Of a stretch of DNA of 64,000 nucleotides, positions 49,516 to 57,808 are shown piece by piece. A model generated the notes under the pieces. The model worked only from the letters and a program-made list of their open reading frames with translations. It had not been told where the DNA came from and did not search any database. A program made the translations under genes and the position numbers. Source of the stretch: Pseudomonadota bacterium (GTDB taxonomy: Bacteria > Pseudomonadota > Alphaproteobacteria > SHVZ01); NCBI GenBank assembly GCA_016195085.1, contig JACQAG010000071.1, positions 63,093-127,092 on the forward strand. The letters are read 5' to 3'. Each line of letters opens with the position of its first letter. Positions within the stretch are counted from its first letter, which is position 1.

Positions 49516-50432
49516 ATCGAAGCGACCGCGGCGATGAACAGGAACATGAGCACGGCCAAGGCGCTGCCGCGGCCGAAATCCTGCAGGCCCGAGCTCACCG
49601 CGCCGAAGGCGGTGCGATAGAAGTAGAGGCCGAGCACGTCGGTCGCCCCGCCCGGCGAGCCGTCGAGCCCGGCCATGATGTAGGGGAGCTCGAACCAGTT
49701 GAAGGAGCCGATGAACAACAGCACGAAGGCGATGGTGGCGCTGGGGGCGACCAAGGGCCAGATCACGCGCCGCATCAGGGCCAGATCACCCGCACCGTCG
49801 AGGCGTGCCGCCTCCAGGACCTCGCGCGGAATGCGCTGCATGCCGGCCAGGAACACCAGTGCCGGGAATCCGACCCAGTGCCAGGTGTTGACCGCGATCA
49901 AGCTCGCCAACGCCGTTTGCGGTTGGCCCAGCCAGGGCTGCGCCCAGCCCGCGAGCCCGATCGCGATCAGCGCCTGATTGACCGCCCCGAAGATGGGATT
50001 CAAGAAGAGCTTCCACAGGAAGCCGACGATCACCGTGGAAAGCACCACCGGCAGGAACACCGCCACCTGATGGAACCGGTGGCCGGGCATGCCCTTCAAG
50101 AGGGCGAAGCCGATGAGGAAGGCGAGCCCGTTCTGCACCACCATGAGCGAGAGAAACACCACGACATTGTGGGTGAAGGCCCGGTAGGTCCAGGAGCTGA
50201 ACGGCTCCTGGAGCAGCACCTGCTTGAAGTTGCCGAGCCCGGCGAAGCCGCCGCGCGCCAGCCCGTTCCAGCTATAGAGACTGTAGAGAAACGAGCTCGC
50301 CAGCGGATAGACCGCGAACACCAGCATGAACAGGACGGGCGGCCCGATGAGGAAGACGATCCAGAATACCCGATTGAGATCCGCGCCGAACGTCTTGCAG
50401 CGGCGGGCCGGCGCCGCTCGCTCGCCCCTCAC
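49476..50432 (-). CDS. Sugar ABC transporter permease (MalF-like)
   Basis: 6 TMS; EAA motif (LDGAGDLALMRRVIWPLVAP). Confidence 0.8.
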   Translation of the reverse strand: MRGERAAPARRCKTFGADLNRVFWIVFLIGPPVLFMLVFAVYPLASSFLYSLYSWNGLARGGFAGLGNFKQVLLQEPFSSWTYRAFTHNVVVFLSLMVVQNGLAFLIGFALLKGMPGHRFHQVAVFLPVVLSTVIVGFLWKLFLNPIFGAVNQALIAIGLAGWAQPWLGQPQTALASLIAVNTWHWVGFPALVFLAGMQRIPREVLEAARLDGAGDLALMRRVIWPLVAPSATIAFVLLFIGSFNWFELPYIMAGLDGSPGGATDVLGLYFYRTAFGAVSSGLQDFGRGSALAVLMFLFIAAVASIWVRMLRRREIEI

Positions 50433-50518
50433 CCTAACCCTCTCCCCAAGGGAGAGGGGACACGATGAATGGCGCTCCTACTCCCTCTCCCTTGGGGAGA
50501 GGGTCGGGGTGAGGGGCG
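50423..50518. repeat. Nested-palindromic REP element, family C (long form)
   Basis: CGCCCCTCACCCTAACCCTCTCCCCAAGGGAGAGGGGA...CTCCCTCTCCCTTGGGGAGAGGGTCGGGGTGAGGGGCG. Confidence 0.75.
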
Positions 50519-50546
50519 GCCACGGGGTCGTCAAGCTCTGCGCCGC

Positions 50547-51794
50547 TCACTTCTTCTTGAACGGCTCGTAGTAGGTGGCGATGCCGGCGGTCAGCTCCTT
50601 GCCGACATCGGCGGGTGTGACCTGTCCGGCCATCATCTTCTGCACGGCACCCTGCAGCAAGGTCGATCCCGTCGGGTCCTGGTAGCGGAAATAGACGAGC
50701 GTGATGTAGGGCACCGAGGTCTGATTGAGCGAGGCGACCTTGGCCAACAGCGGATCCTGGATCGCCACACCCTTGATCGGCGAGATGTTGCCCAACAGCG
50801 CCGAGAAGCGGTCGCCGAAGCCCTTGGTGCCCATGAAACGGACGAGCTTCAAGGCATCCTCGCGGTTGCCGGTCTTGGCGTTGACGGCGTAGCCGCCGTC
50901 ATAGAACAGCGACACCAGCCTGGGTGCGGTGGCGCTGGGGGCAGGCGGGGCCACGAAGTCTATTTTCAGATTGGGGTTCTGCCGCCGGAAATTGGCGATC
51001 TCGAAGGAGCCGCCGACGAGCATCGCCGCCCGGCCGCTCAAGAAAAGCTGCTGCGAGGTCGGATAGTCGATGCCGGTGAAGCCGGGCGGAAAATAGTCCT
51101 TGAGCTCGATCAGATGCTGAAGTGCGGCAGCGTAGCGCGGATCCTCGAAGGTGGCCTTGCCGGCGGCGATCTCAGATGGGAAGTCGGGCCCGAGGAAGCT
51201 CGCGGTCATGGTCTGGGTCAGGATCTCCGCCATGAAGGCGGTGGCGGTGCCGTTGGCGAGCGGGATCACGCCCTTGTCCTTGAGCGCCTTCGCCAGCTTG
51301 AGGAAGTCATCCCAGGTGGCGGCCTCTTTCAGGTTGGCCTTCTCCAAGACCTCGGTGTTGATGAGGATGCCGAGGGTCTGGGAGGCGAACGGAATCGCAT
51401 AGACGCGCTGATCGGAGCGAAGCGAGCTCGAGCCCAAGGCGCTCGGCGTGAAGTTGGCGAGCTCGGGCGTGCTCGCCGGATCGAGCGCGGCCAGGTAGCC
51501 GGCCTTGGCGAACTGCTCGAGACCGCCATAGGCGCGGACATGGATCACGTCGGGGCCCTTGCCGGCGGCGAGCGCCGTCGACAGCACGGTCTGGTAGCTC
51601 TGCGGCTCGAACGCCTCGAAGCCGATGCGAACATCAGGGCTGGTCTTGTTGAAGTCCTGGAACAGCTGCTGGTACTGACCCTTGTCCTCCTGGCGCCAGG
51701 TCCAGAAGCTGAGCTCGCCGGCGCTGGCCGCACTCGCGAGCAAGAGACCGGCGAGGGCACCGGCGCCGAGTTTTGTCAGCATTGATCCGCGCAT
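50547..51794 (-). CDS. Sugar ABC transporter substrate-binding protein (SBP family 1)
   Basis: GGGGAGG SD before the ATG at 51794; signal peptide; SBP_bac_1-like body; co-oriented with the two permeases. No ATPase gene in the locus. Confidence 0.8.
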   Translation of the reverse strand: MRGSMLTKLGAGALAGLLLASAASAGELSFWTWRQEDKGQYQQLFQDFNKTSPDVRIGFEAFEPQSYQTVLSTALAAGKGPDVIHVRAYGGLEQFAKAGYLAALDPASTPELANFTPSALGSSSLRSDQRVYAIPFASQTLGILINTEVLEKANLKEAATWDDFLKLAKALKDKGVIPLANGTATAFMAEILTQTMTASFLGPDFPSEIAAGKATFEDPRYAAALQHLIELKDYFPPGFTGIDYPTSQQLFLSGRAAMLVGGSFEIANFRRQNPNLKIDFVAPPAPSATAPRLVSLFYDGGYAVNAKTGNREDALKLVRFMGTKGFGDRFSALLGNISPIKGVAIQDPLLAKVASLNQTSVPYITLVYFRYQDPTGSTLLQGAVQKMMAGQVTPADVGKELTAGIATYYEPFKKK

Positions 51795-51865
51795 GACGAG
51801 ACCTCCCCTATCGAACATTGCTCACAACCTTGCCAGAGGCCTTGCCGGGCCGCAACGCCCGCCCC

Positions 51866-53452
51866 TCAGCTCTTCTCCATGTTCCAGTAGGCGAGCACGG
51901 CGCTCTTCAAGACGCCGGTCACTTCCTTGCGCCAGGCGAACAGCAGCTGAAACTGGCCCAGAAGCGTGTAGGGCTGCTGCTCGATCAAGCGCCGGTGATA
52001 GGTCTCCATCAACGCCTTGCGCTGGCCTTCGTCGGTCGCGCGGATTACCTGGTCGCGGAGCTTGGTCGCGGTCTCATCGCAGGGCCAGCCGACCCAGTTC
52101 TTGCGGTCGCAGCTCATATTGGCCGCCGTGTTGGTGACCGGGTGGAAGTAGCTGGTGCCGCTGGCGCGGCTGGCGAACATGTTCCAGCCGCCCTTATCGG
52201 GCGGGTCCATTTTGGCGATGCGGCCCACCACCGTGCCCCAGTCGCTCAGCTGCATATCGACATTGACGCCGATCTCGCGGAGCTGGGCCACGGCCACCTG
52301 CGCCAGATCGCCGATCGGCTTGATCTCGGCGGTGGTGGTCAAGACCAGCTTTTCACCCTTGTAGCCGGCATCGGCCATGAGCTGCTTCGCCTTGACGCGG
52401 TCGAGCTTGCGGATCTCTTCCGCGCCGGCTTCGGTGCCGAAGGGCGTATCGCAGATATACATGGCGTAGCACACCTTCCACCAGCGCTCATCCCCGCTGG
52501 CGGCGCGCTGGAAATCGCGCTGGTCGAAGAGATAGGCCAAGGCCAGCCGCGCCCGATAGTCGTTGAAGGGCGGGAAGAGCGTGTTGGTCCTGAGGAAGCC
52601 GATATTGCCGAAAGGCGTCAGGGGTGCGACCACCACGTCCTTGCTCTTCTCGATGATCGGCACTTGATCATTGGGTGGCGAATCCCAGAAATCGACCTCG
52701 CCGCGGGTCAAGGCCGCGGCGGCCGTGCCGGTATCGGGGATGATATTCCACTCCACCCGGTCGACCTTGACCACCTTGCCGCCGGCCATCCCGTTCGGCG
52801 GCTCGTTGCGGGGCACATAGTCCTTGTTCTTGTCGAAGACGAGCTTGACGCCCGGCTGCCACTCCGCCCGGTTGAACTTGAACGGCCCCGAGCCGATGGT
52901 CTCGGTGATCGCCGTGAAGGCGTCGGTCGCCGCCTCCTTCTCCCGGTAGATCGTCGGGATCTGCGGACCGTCGGAGCCGAGCGTGAATTCGACGAAGCCA
53001 TAGGGCTGTTTCAAGATGACGGTGAAGCTGTCCTCGTCCACGGCCTCCATCGCCGCGGTGAACTCCATCAGCTTCTGGCCCATGGCATCGCGGCTGGCCC
53101 AGCGCTTGATCGAGGGCACCACGTCCTTGGACGTGACCTTGGTGCCGTCATGCCATTTGAGGCCGGGCCGGAGCTTGAAGGTGTATTTGAGCCCGTCGGC
53201 CGACACGGTGTAGTCGCCCACCATCATCGGCTTCGCCTGCAGCTTCTCGTCCCAGGCGAAGAGCTGGTCGTAGACCATGAGCCCATAGATCTTGGTGATC
53301 TGGATCGAGCCCGTGTGGTTGTCGAGGACCTTGAGGTCGGCATGGGGTACGGCGCGCAGCACCTTTTGCTGAGCCAAGGCCGGCAAGCCGACAGTGGCGC
53401 CGGCGATGGCAACGATGGTGCCGAGGAGTCGCAGGTTCGAGAGAGTTCGCAT
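51866..53452 (-). CDS. ABC transporter substrate-binding protein, family 5, orphan
   Basis: AAGGAG SD before the ATG at 53452; signal peptide MRTLSNLRLLGTIVAIAGATVGLPALA. Confidence 0.85.
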   Translation of the reverse strand: MRTLSNLRLLGTIVAIAGATVGLPALAQQKVLRAVPHADLKVLDNHTGSIQITKIYGLMVYDQLFAWDEKLQAKPMMVGDYTVSADGLKYTFKLRPGLKWHDGTKVTSKDVVPSIKRWASRDAMGQKLMEFTAAMEAVDEDSFTVILKQPYGFVEFTLGSDGPQIPTIYREKEAATDAFTAITETIGSGPFKFNRAEWQPGVKLVFDKNKDYVPRNEPPNGMAGGKVVKVDRVEWNIIPDTGTAAAALTRGEVDFWDSPPNDQVPIIEKSKDVVVAPLTPFGNIGFLRTNTLFPPFNDYRARLALAYLFDQRDFQRAASGDERWWKVCYAMYICDTPFGTEAGAEEIRKLDRVKAKQLMADAGYKGEKLVLTTTAEIKPIGDLAQVAVAQLREIGVNVDMQLSDWGTVVGRIAKMDPPDKGGWNMFASRASGTSYFHPVTNTAANMSCDRKNWVGWPCDETATKLRDQVIRATDEGQRKALMETYHRRLIEQQPYTLLGQFQLLFAWRKEVTGVLKSAVLAYWNMEKS

Positions 53453-53534
53453 GGTCCGGCTCCTTCGTGCGCGACGGTAGAAATGCGAGTGTGACGAACC
53501 CTGGTCCGGTCGGCAATCGGATCCGAGCGGCGCC

Positions 53535-54851
53535 TTAGATCCCAAGGCGGTCGCGGATGCGCCCGTAGAGGACGCGCAACCCGACGCCGATGCGCCACAA
53601 TCCATGGAAGGGAATCTCCTTCAGCGTGGTGATCGGCATGTCGATGTCTACGCTCCGGCCGCCTTCGACGCGGCGCGCAATCTCCTGACCCATGACCGTC
53701 GCCATGGCGACGCCGCGCCCGTTATAGCCGAGGCAGGCGATGACGCCGTCCGCCGGCTCGTGGATGTGCGGGTAGTGCGACGGGGTGATGGCGAGCTGGC
53801 CGCTCCAGCCATGGCTCCAGCCGATGCCGTCGAGTGCGGGAAACAGCCGGTGCGCATAGCGCCTGAGATAGTCAAGCTCGCCCGGCGCCTCGATCTCGCG
53901 GAGCGGGCTGCGGCCGCCCATCAGCAGCCGGTTCGACGAGTCCAGCCGATAGTAGGTGGTGATGCCGGCAACCTCGTAGAGCGAGGCGCGTCCCGGCATG
54001 ATCCCACGCGCCAGGTCGTCGGAGAGGCTCTCGCTGGCGACGATGCCGCTATAGACCGGCACCACGCTGCGGCTGAGCCCCGGCCAGAGACCGTCGGTGT
54101 AGGCATTGGTCGCCAGCACGACACGCTCGGCCCTGACGTTGCCGGTCGGCGTCTGGATCCGCCACACACTTCCTTCCCGTGAAAGGATGTGTGCCGGCGT
54201 GCCGCCATAGATGCGCGCGCCGGCGCGGAGTGCCGCATCGGCGAGGCCGCGCGCATATCCCAGGGGATTCACATGGCCGCCGCGGCGATCCAGCATCGCT
54301 GCGAGATAGCGCCCGGTGCCGGTCGCCGCCCGAAGCGTCTCTCCCTCCAGGAGCTCGACCGGCATGCCGCGCCGTTGGCCTTGCTCGAAGCTCACCCGGA
54401 TCTCTGCGGCGTGGCGCTTATCGAAGGCGGCTCGGAGCGTGCCGGCTTGCCGCGCCTCGCAGGCGATCTGGTGGCGCCGGATCAGGTCGAAAACCACGGT
54501 GGGGGCGTTCCACGACAAGGCGACCATGCGCGACCCGAGGTCCGGGCCGAAATCCCGCTCGATCCGATCCGGGTCGTGCTTGAGGCCGGGATTGACCTGG
54601 CCGCCATTGCGCCCGGAAGCGCCCCAGCCCGGCTCGCGCGCCTCCAGCACGATGGCATCCACACCTTTCTCGGCGAGGTGGAGGGCCGCTGACAATCCGG
54701 TGAAGCCGCCGCCGATGATGGCGCAGGCGACGCGCCGGTCGCCGTCCAAGGCGGGGGTGGCGACCGGCGGCCGTGCGGTCTCGGCATAGAGGCTGGGCGG
54801 CAGCCTCGCTGGTTGCGGATAGATCAAGCTCGCCTCGGGCGCGGAACGCAC
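53535..54851 (-). CDS. FAD-dependent oxidoreductase (DAO family)
   Basis: FAD-binding motif CAIIGGGFTGLSAALHLAEKG; DAO-like body; 438 aa. Confidence 0.8.
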   Translation of the reverse strand: MRSAPEASLIYPQPARLPPSLYAETARPPVATPALDGDRRVACAIIGGGFTGLSAALHLAEKGVDAIVLEAREPGWGASGRNGGQVNPGLKHDPDRIERDFGPDLGSRMVALSWNAPTVVFDLIRRHQIACEARQAGTLRAAFDKRHAAEIRVSFEQGQRRGMPVELLEGETLRAATGTGRYLAAMLDRRGGHVNPLGYARGLADAALRAGARIYGGTPAHILSREGSVWRIQTPTGNVRAERVVLATNAYTDGLWPGLSRSVVPVYSGIVASESLSDDLARGIMPGRASLYEVAGITTYYRLDSSNRLLMGGRSPLREIEAPGELDYLRRYAHRLFPALDGIGWSHGWSGQLAITPSHYPHIHEPADGVIACLGYNGRGVAMATVMGQEIARRVEGGRSVDIDMPITTLKEIPFHGLWRIGVGLRVLYGRIRDRLGI

Positions 54852-54909
54852 GGGTTCTCAATCGAACAGTGCGTCAGCGCCCTCGGCCAGGCAACAGGTT
54901 ACGCCGCCG

Positions 54910-55040
54910 CTAGTTCTTCGAGATGTTCCGGCTTGGGCGGATCTTCTCCAGCGCCTCGCCGGTCTGCCGGCGGGTGACGACGGTGCTCCAATCCATGACC
55001 TGCAGATCGGCGTTGAACCCGACTTCCTTCAGCCAAAGGC
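54910..55040 (-). pseudogene. Truncated remnant of a family-5 ABC substrate-binding protein (internal fragment only)
   Basis: Minus-strand translation ...GLWLKEVGFNADLQVMDWSTVVTRRQTGEALEKIRPSRNISKN* matches the L(K/R)E(V/I)G(I/V)N(V/A)...DW segment of the three intact SBP5 proteins in this window. No N-terminus and no remaining C-terminal domain. Confidence 0.45.
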
Positions 55041-55129
55041 CCGACCGAGCGCGACGTCTTTCGCGGAGTGTGCCTGTGATGAGCATCACAGCGGTAATCC
55101 GGCGAGATCTCTAAAATTCTATCTAATTA

Positions 55130-56608
55130 ATGGAGACCGCTATGCCTGCCAGCAGGACGCTGTCGAAGACGCATCGCTCCGCCAGCCTCCCCGCCGTCCT
55201 CATCGTTCAATATTTCGTCCTCGGCCTCGCCCTGGCTTTCGCTCTGGCGGTCCTCACCCGCCCGGCGCAGGCTGAGGACGGATCGCTGCCCCCGGTGATC
55301 CCCGCTTATGGAATGAGCGCCGATCCGACCGGTTCGGTTGCCACCTATCAAGCGGGCGAGCGTCCGGTCGCCACCGGCACCAATGCCTTCTTTCAGCCCT
55401 TGGGCAGCAATGGGCGGAGCTGCTTCACCTGCCACCGGCCGGAGACCGGCTGGACCGTGAGCGCCGCGGCCGCACGCGCGCGCTTCGATCAGAGCCAGGG
55501 GCTGGAGCCGCTCTTCCGCGCCCATGATGGCGCCACCTGCTCCAGCGCCGACGTGTCGAGCCTGGAGGCGCGGCGGCGGGCCTTCGCTCTCTTGACCAGC
55601 CAGGGATTGATCCGGGTCGGCATGACGATGCCGAGCCCGGCCGAATTCACCGTCGCCGGCGTGGTCGATCCTTACAACTGCACCAGCAACCCCGCGACCG
55701 GCCTCGTGAGCCCGAGTGCCGGCACGGTTTCGGTCTACCGGCGGCCCTTGCCGGCGACCAATCTCGGCTTCCTCAGCACCATCATGTGGGACGGGCGGGA
55801 ACCGAGCCTCACGAGCCAGGCAACCGATGCCACGATCGGCCACGCCGAGGCCGCGAGCGCGCCCACCCAATCTCAGCTGCAGCAGATCGTCGGCTTCGAG
55901 ATCGGGCTCTACACCGCGCAGATCGTCGATGGCCGTGCCGGCATCCTCAATTCTGCCGGCAGCAATGGCGGTCCGGTCGGCCTCGCCTTCCAGCCCTTCT
56001 TCATCGGCATCAACGATCCCGCCGGCAACAATCCGCGTGGGACGCCGTTCAACCCTCTCGTCTTCAATCTGTTCGAGCCCTGGGGCGCCAATCCCGGCCT
56101 GGACCCCGGTGCCGCGCAGCGCCAATCGATTGCGCGCGGGGAGGCGATCTTCAACACCAGGCCCATCCGCATCACCGGCGTCGGCGGCCTCAACGACCTC
56201 GAGGCTCAGCCGGTCATTCGCGGCACCTGCAGTACCTGCCATGATGCCCCGAATGCCGGCAGCCATTCGGTCGACACGACGCTCGATATCGGCATCGCCG
56301 GAAGAGCCCCACCCGGGCTCGACGTGGCGGCCTTGCCTCGATTCACTCTCGCTTGCCACGAAGGCGCGCTCGCCGGCGCCAGCCTGGAGACGAGCGATCC
56401 CGGCCGCGCCCTCGTCACCGGCAAATGCGCCGATATCGGCAAGTTCAAGGTGCCGGGGCTGCGCGGCCTTGCCGCCAGGGCACCCTATTTCCACAACGGC
56501 GCCGCCGCCAGCCTGGCCGATGTCGTCGGCTTCTACGAGCGACGCTTCCGCATCGCCCTCCGGCCGCAAGAGCGCGCCGACCTCGTCAACTTCCTGCTGG
56601 CGCTCTAA
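55130..56608 (+). CDS. Di-heme cytochrome c peroxidase-like protein (CCP/MauG or DUF1111-like), N-terminal membrane anchor
   Basis: Two CxxCH motifs (CFTCH, CSTCH); hydrophobic N-terminus LPAVLIVQYFVLGLALAFALAVL; C-terminal YFHNGAA motif typical of bacterial CCP. Confidence 0.65.
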   Translation: METAMPASRTLSKTHRSASLPAVLIVQYFVLGLALAFALAVLTRPAQAEDGSLPPVIPAYGMSADPTGSVATYQAGERPVATGTNAFFQPLGSNGRSCFTCHRPETGWTVSAAAARARFDQSQGLEPLFRAHDGATCSSADVSSLEARRRAFALLTSQGLIRVGMTMPSPAEFTVAGVVDPYNCTSNPATGLVSPSAGTVSVYRRPLPATNLGFLSTIMWDGREPSLTSQATDATIGHAEAASAPTQSQLQQIVGFEIGLYTAQIVDGRAGILNSAGSNGGPVGLAFQPFFIGINDPAGNNPRGTPFNPLVFNLFEPWGANPGLDPGAAQRQSIARGEAIFNTRPIRITGVGGLNDLEAQPVIRGTCSTCHDAPNAGSHSVDTTLDIGIAGRAPPGLDVAALPRFTLACHEGALAGASLETSDPGRALVTGKCADIGKFKVPGLRGLAARAPYFHNGAAASLADVVGFYERRFRIALRPQERADLVNFLLAL

Positions 56609-56612
56609 GAGT

Positions 56613-56722
56613 GCCCCCACCCCGACCCTCCCCCGCCTGACGGCGAGGGAGGGAGTAAGACGCGCCCTTCGCTGATACTCCCTCCCCCGCGCGCAAGCGT
56701 GGGGGAGGGTCGGGGTGGGGGC
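56613..56722. repeat. Nested-palindromic REP element, family A copy 3
   Basis: GCCCCCACCCCGACCCTCCCCC...GAGGGAGGGAG...CTCCCTCCCCC...GGGGGAGGGTCGGGGTGGGGGC. Outer arms identical to copy A1. Confidence 0.8.
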
Positions 56723-56745
56723 ATTCGACTGCGTGGAACGGAGGA

Positions 56746-57381
56746 CTACGAGATCGGCTCGACATAGCCGGCGGCGAAGCTCTCGGGCGAGCCGAAGCCG
56801 CCGGTCAGCATCAGGTTGAAGGCGATGCTGACCCGGGGGAGCTGGGCGCGGTTCTCCTCCGTGTAGTGCTCGAGCCAGGACGGAAACAGCACCATCTGCC
56901 CCTCGACGGCCGGCAGCCGGGCCGCCGTCGAGTTCATCGGCGTCACTTCGATGAGCGACGGCACCAGCACCTGCTGCTGCTTGCGCGGGTCGAGGAACAC
57001 CAGCCCGCCGCCGCCCTCGGGCACCGTGAGGTAGTAGACACCCGAGAGAAAGTTGTTCGAATGCGCATGGGCGGGATGCGCGAAGCCGGGCGTGTTGATA
57101 TTGGCCCACATGCCGGTGAACGCCAAGGGCGAGGGGCGATAGCGGAGCGCTTCGAACCGATCCGCGGCCGCCCGCAAGGCGAAGGCGGCAAAATCGGCGA
57201 AGACCGGATCGCGATGCAGATCGGAGCCGCTCTGCCATTGCCCCGGCTTGGTCGTGCCGCCGGTCCTTTGCAGCTGGGCGATCCGCGCCCGGGCCGGCGG
57301 GTGGAAGCCTGCGGCATGCTCGTAGCCGACCAGGGAGACCAAGGTCGGGAAGAACGACACGATCTGATGCGTCATCGCCAT
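56746..57381 (-). CDS. TIGR02466-like putative 2OG-Fe(II) oxygenase superfamily protein
   Basis: AHPAHAHSNNFLSGVYYL and LFPSWLEH motifs; 211 aa. Confidence 0.6.
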   Translation of the reverse strand: MAMTHQIVSFFPTLVSLVGYEHAAGFHPPARARIAQLQRTGGTTKPGQWQSGSDLHRDPVFADFAAFALRAAADRFEALRYRPSPLAFTGMWANINTPGFAHPAHAHSNNFLSGVYYLTVPEGGGGLVFLDPRKQQQVLVPSLIEVTPMNSTAARLPAVEGQMVLFPSWLEHYTEENRAQLPRVSIAFNLMLTGGFGSPESFAAGYVEPIS

Positions 57382-57609
57382 TGCGGGCGGCCCTTTGGTT
57401 CGGTCCTATGGTACCGGCCAACGAGCCTTATCGCACGACGCAGTGCTGCCGGTATGTCCGCCGGGTCTCCGGTGAACCGGCGCCGATGCAGATCGCGCGT
57501 TTCTTCGATCGCCATCTCGGGAAATGGCAAAGCCGTCGACGGCCCGGCTGTCGCCGGTCCGATCGGGCTTGCCTTCCCGGGGGCCCGCCAGTAAACCCTT
57601 GCTCCCGAC

Positions 57610-57701
<92 letters not shown>

Positions 57702-57808
57702 ACCTTCACTCTGCGGAGCTTCGGCTGGCTTGCCAGCCGGAAGCGGCCTGCCTGCTACAGCCTTGGCGAAGGCAGGCTAACGGCGAAGAAGTACGTTCGT
57801 CGACCGCC

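Noticed and set aside
54923-55114. 63-aa plus-strand ORF in the FAD-oxidoreductase/cytochrome intergenic region
   Set aside because: No SD and no homology. The opposite strand of the same DNA carries a recognisable SBP5 remnant, which better explains the coding-like composition.
28897-56722. Whether the recurring GC-rich palindromes form a CRISPR array
   Set aside because: The repeats belong to several different sequence families and are themselves palindromic with nested arms. They are separated by kilobases of normal genes rather than 25-50-bp spacers, and no cas genes are present. They are REP-type elements.
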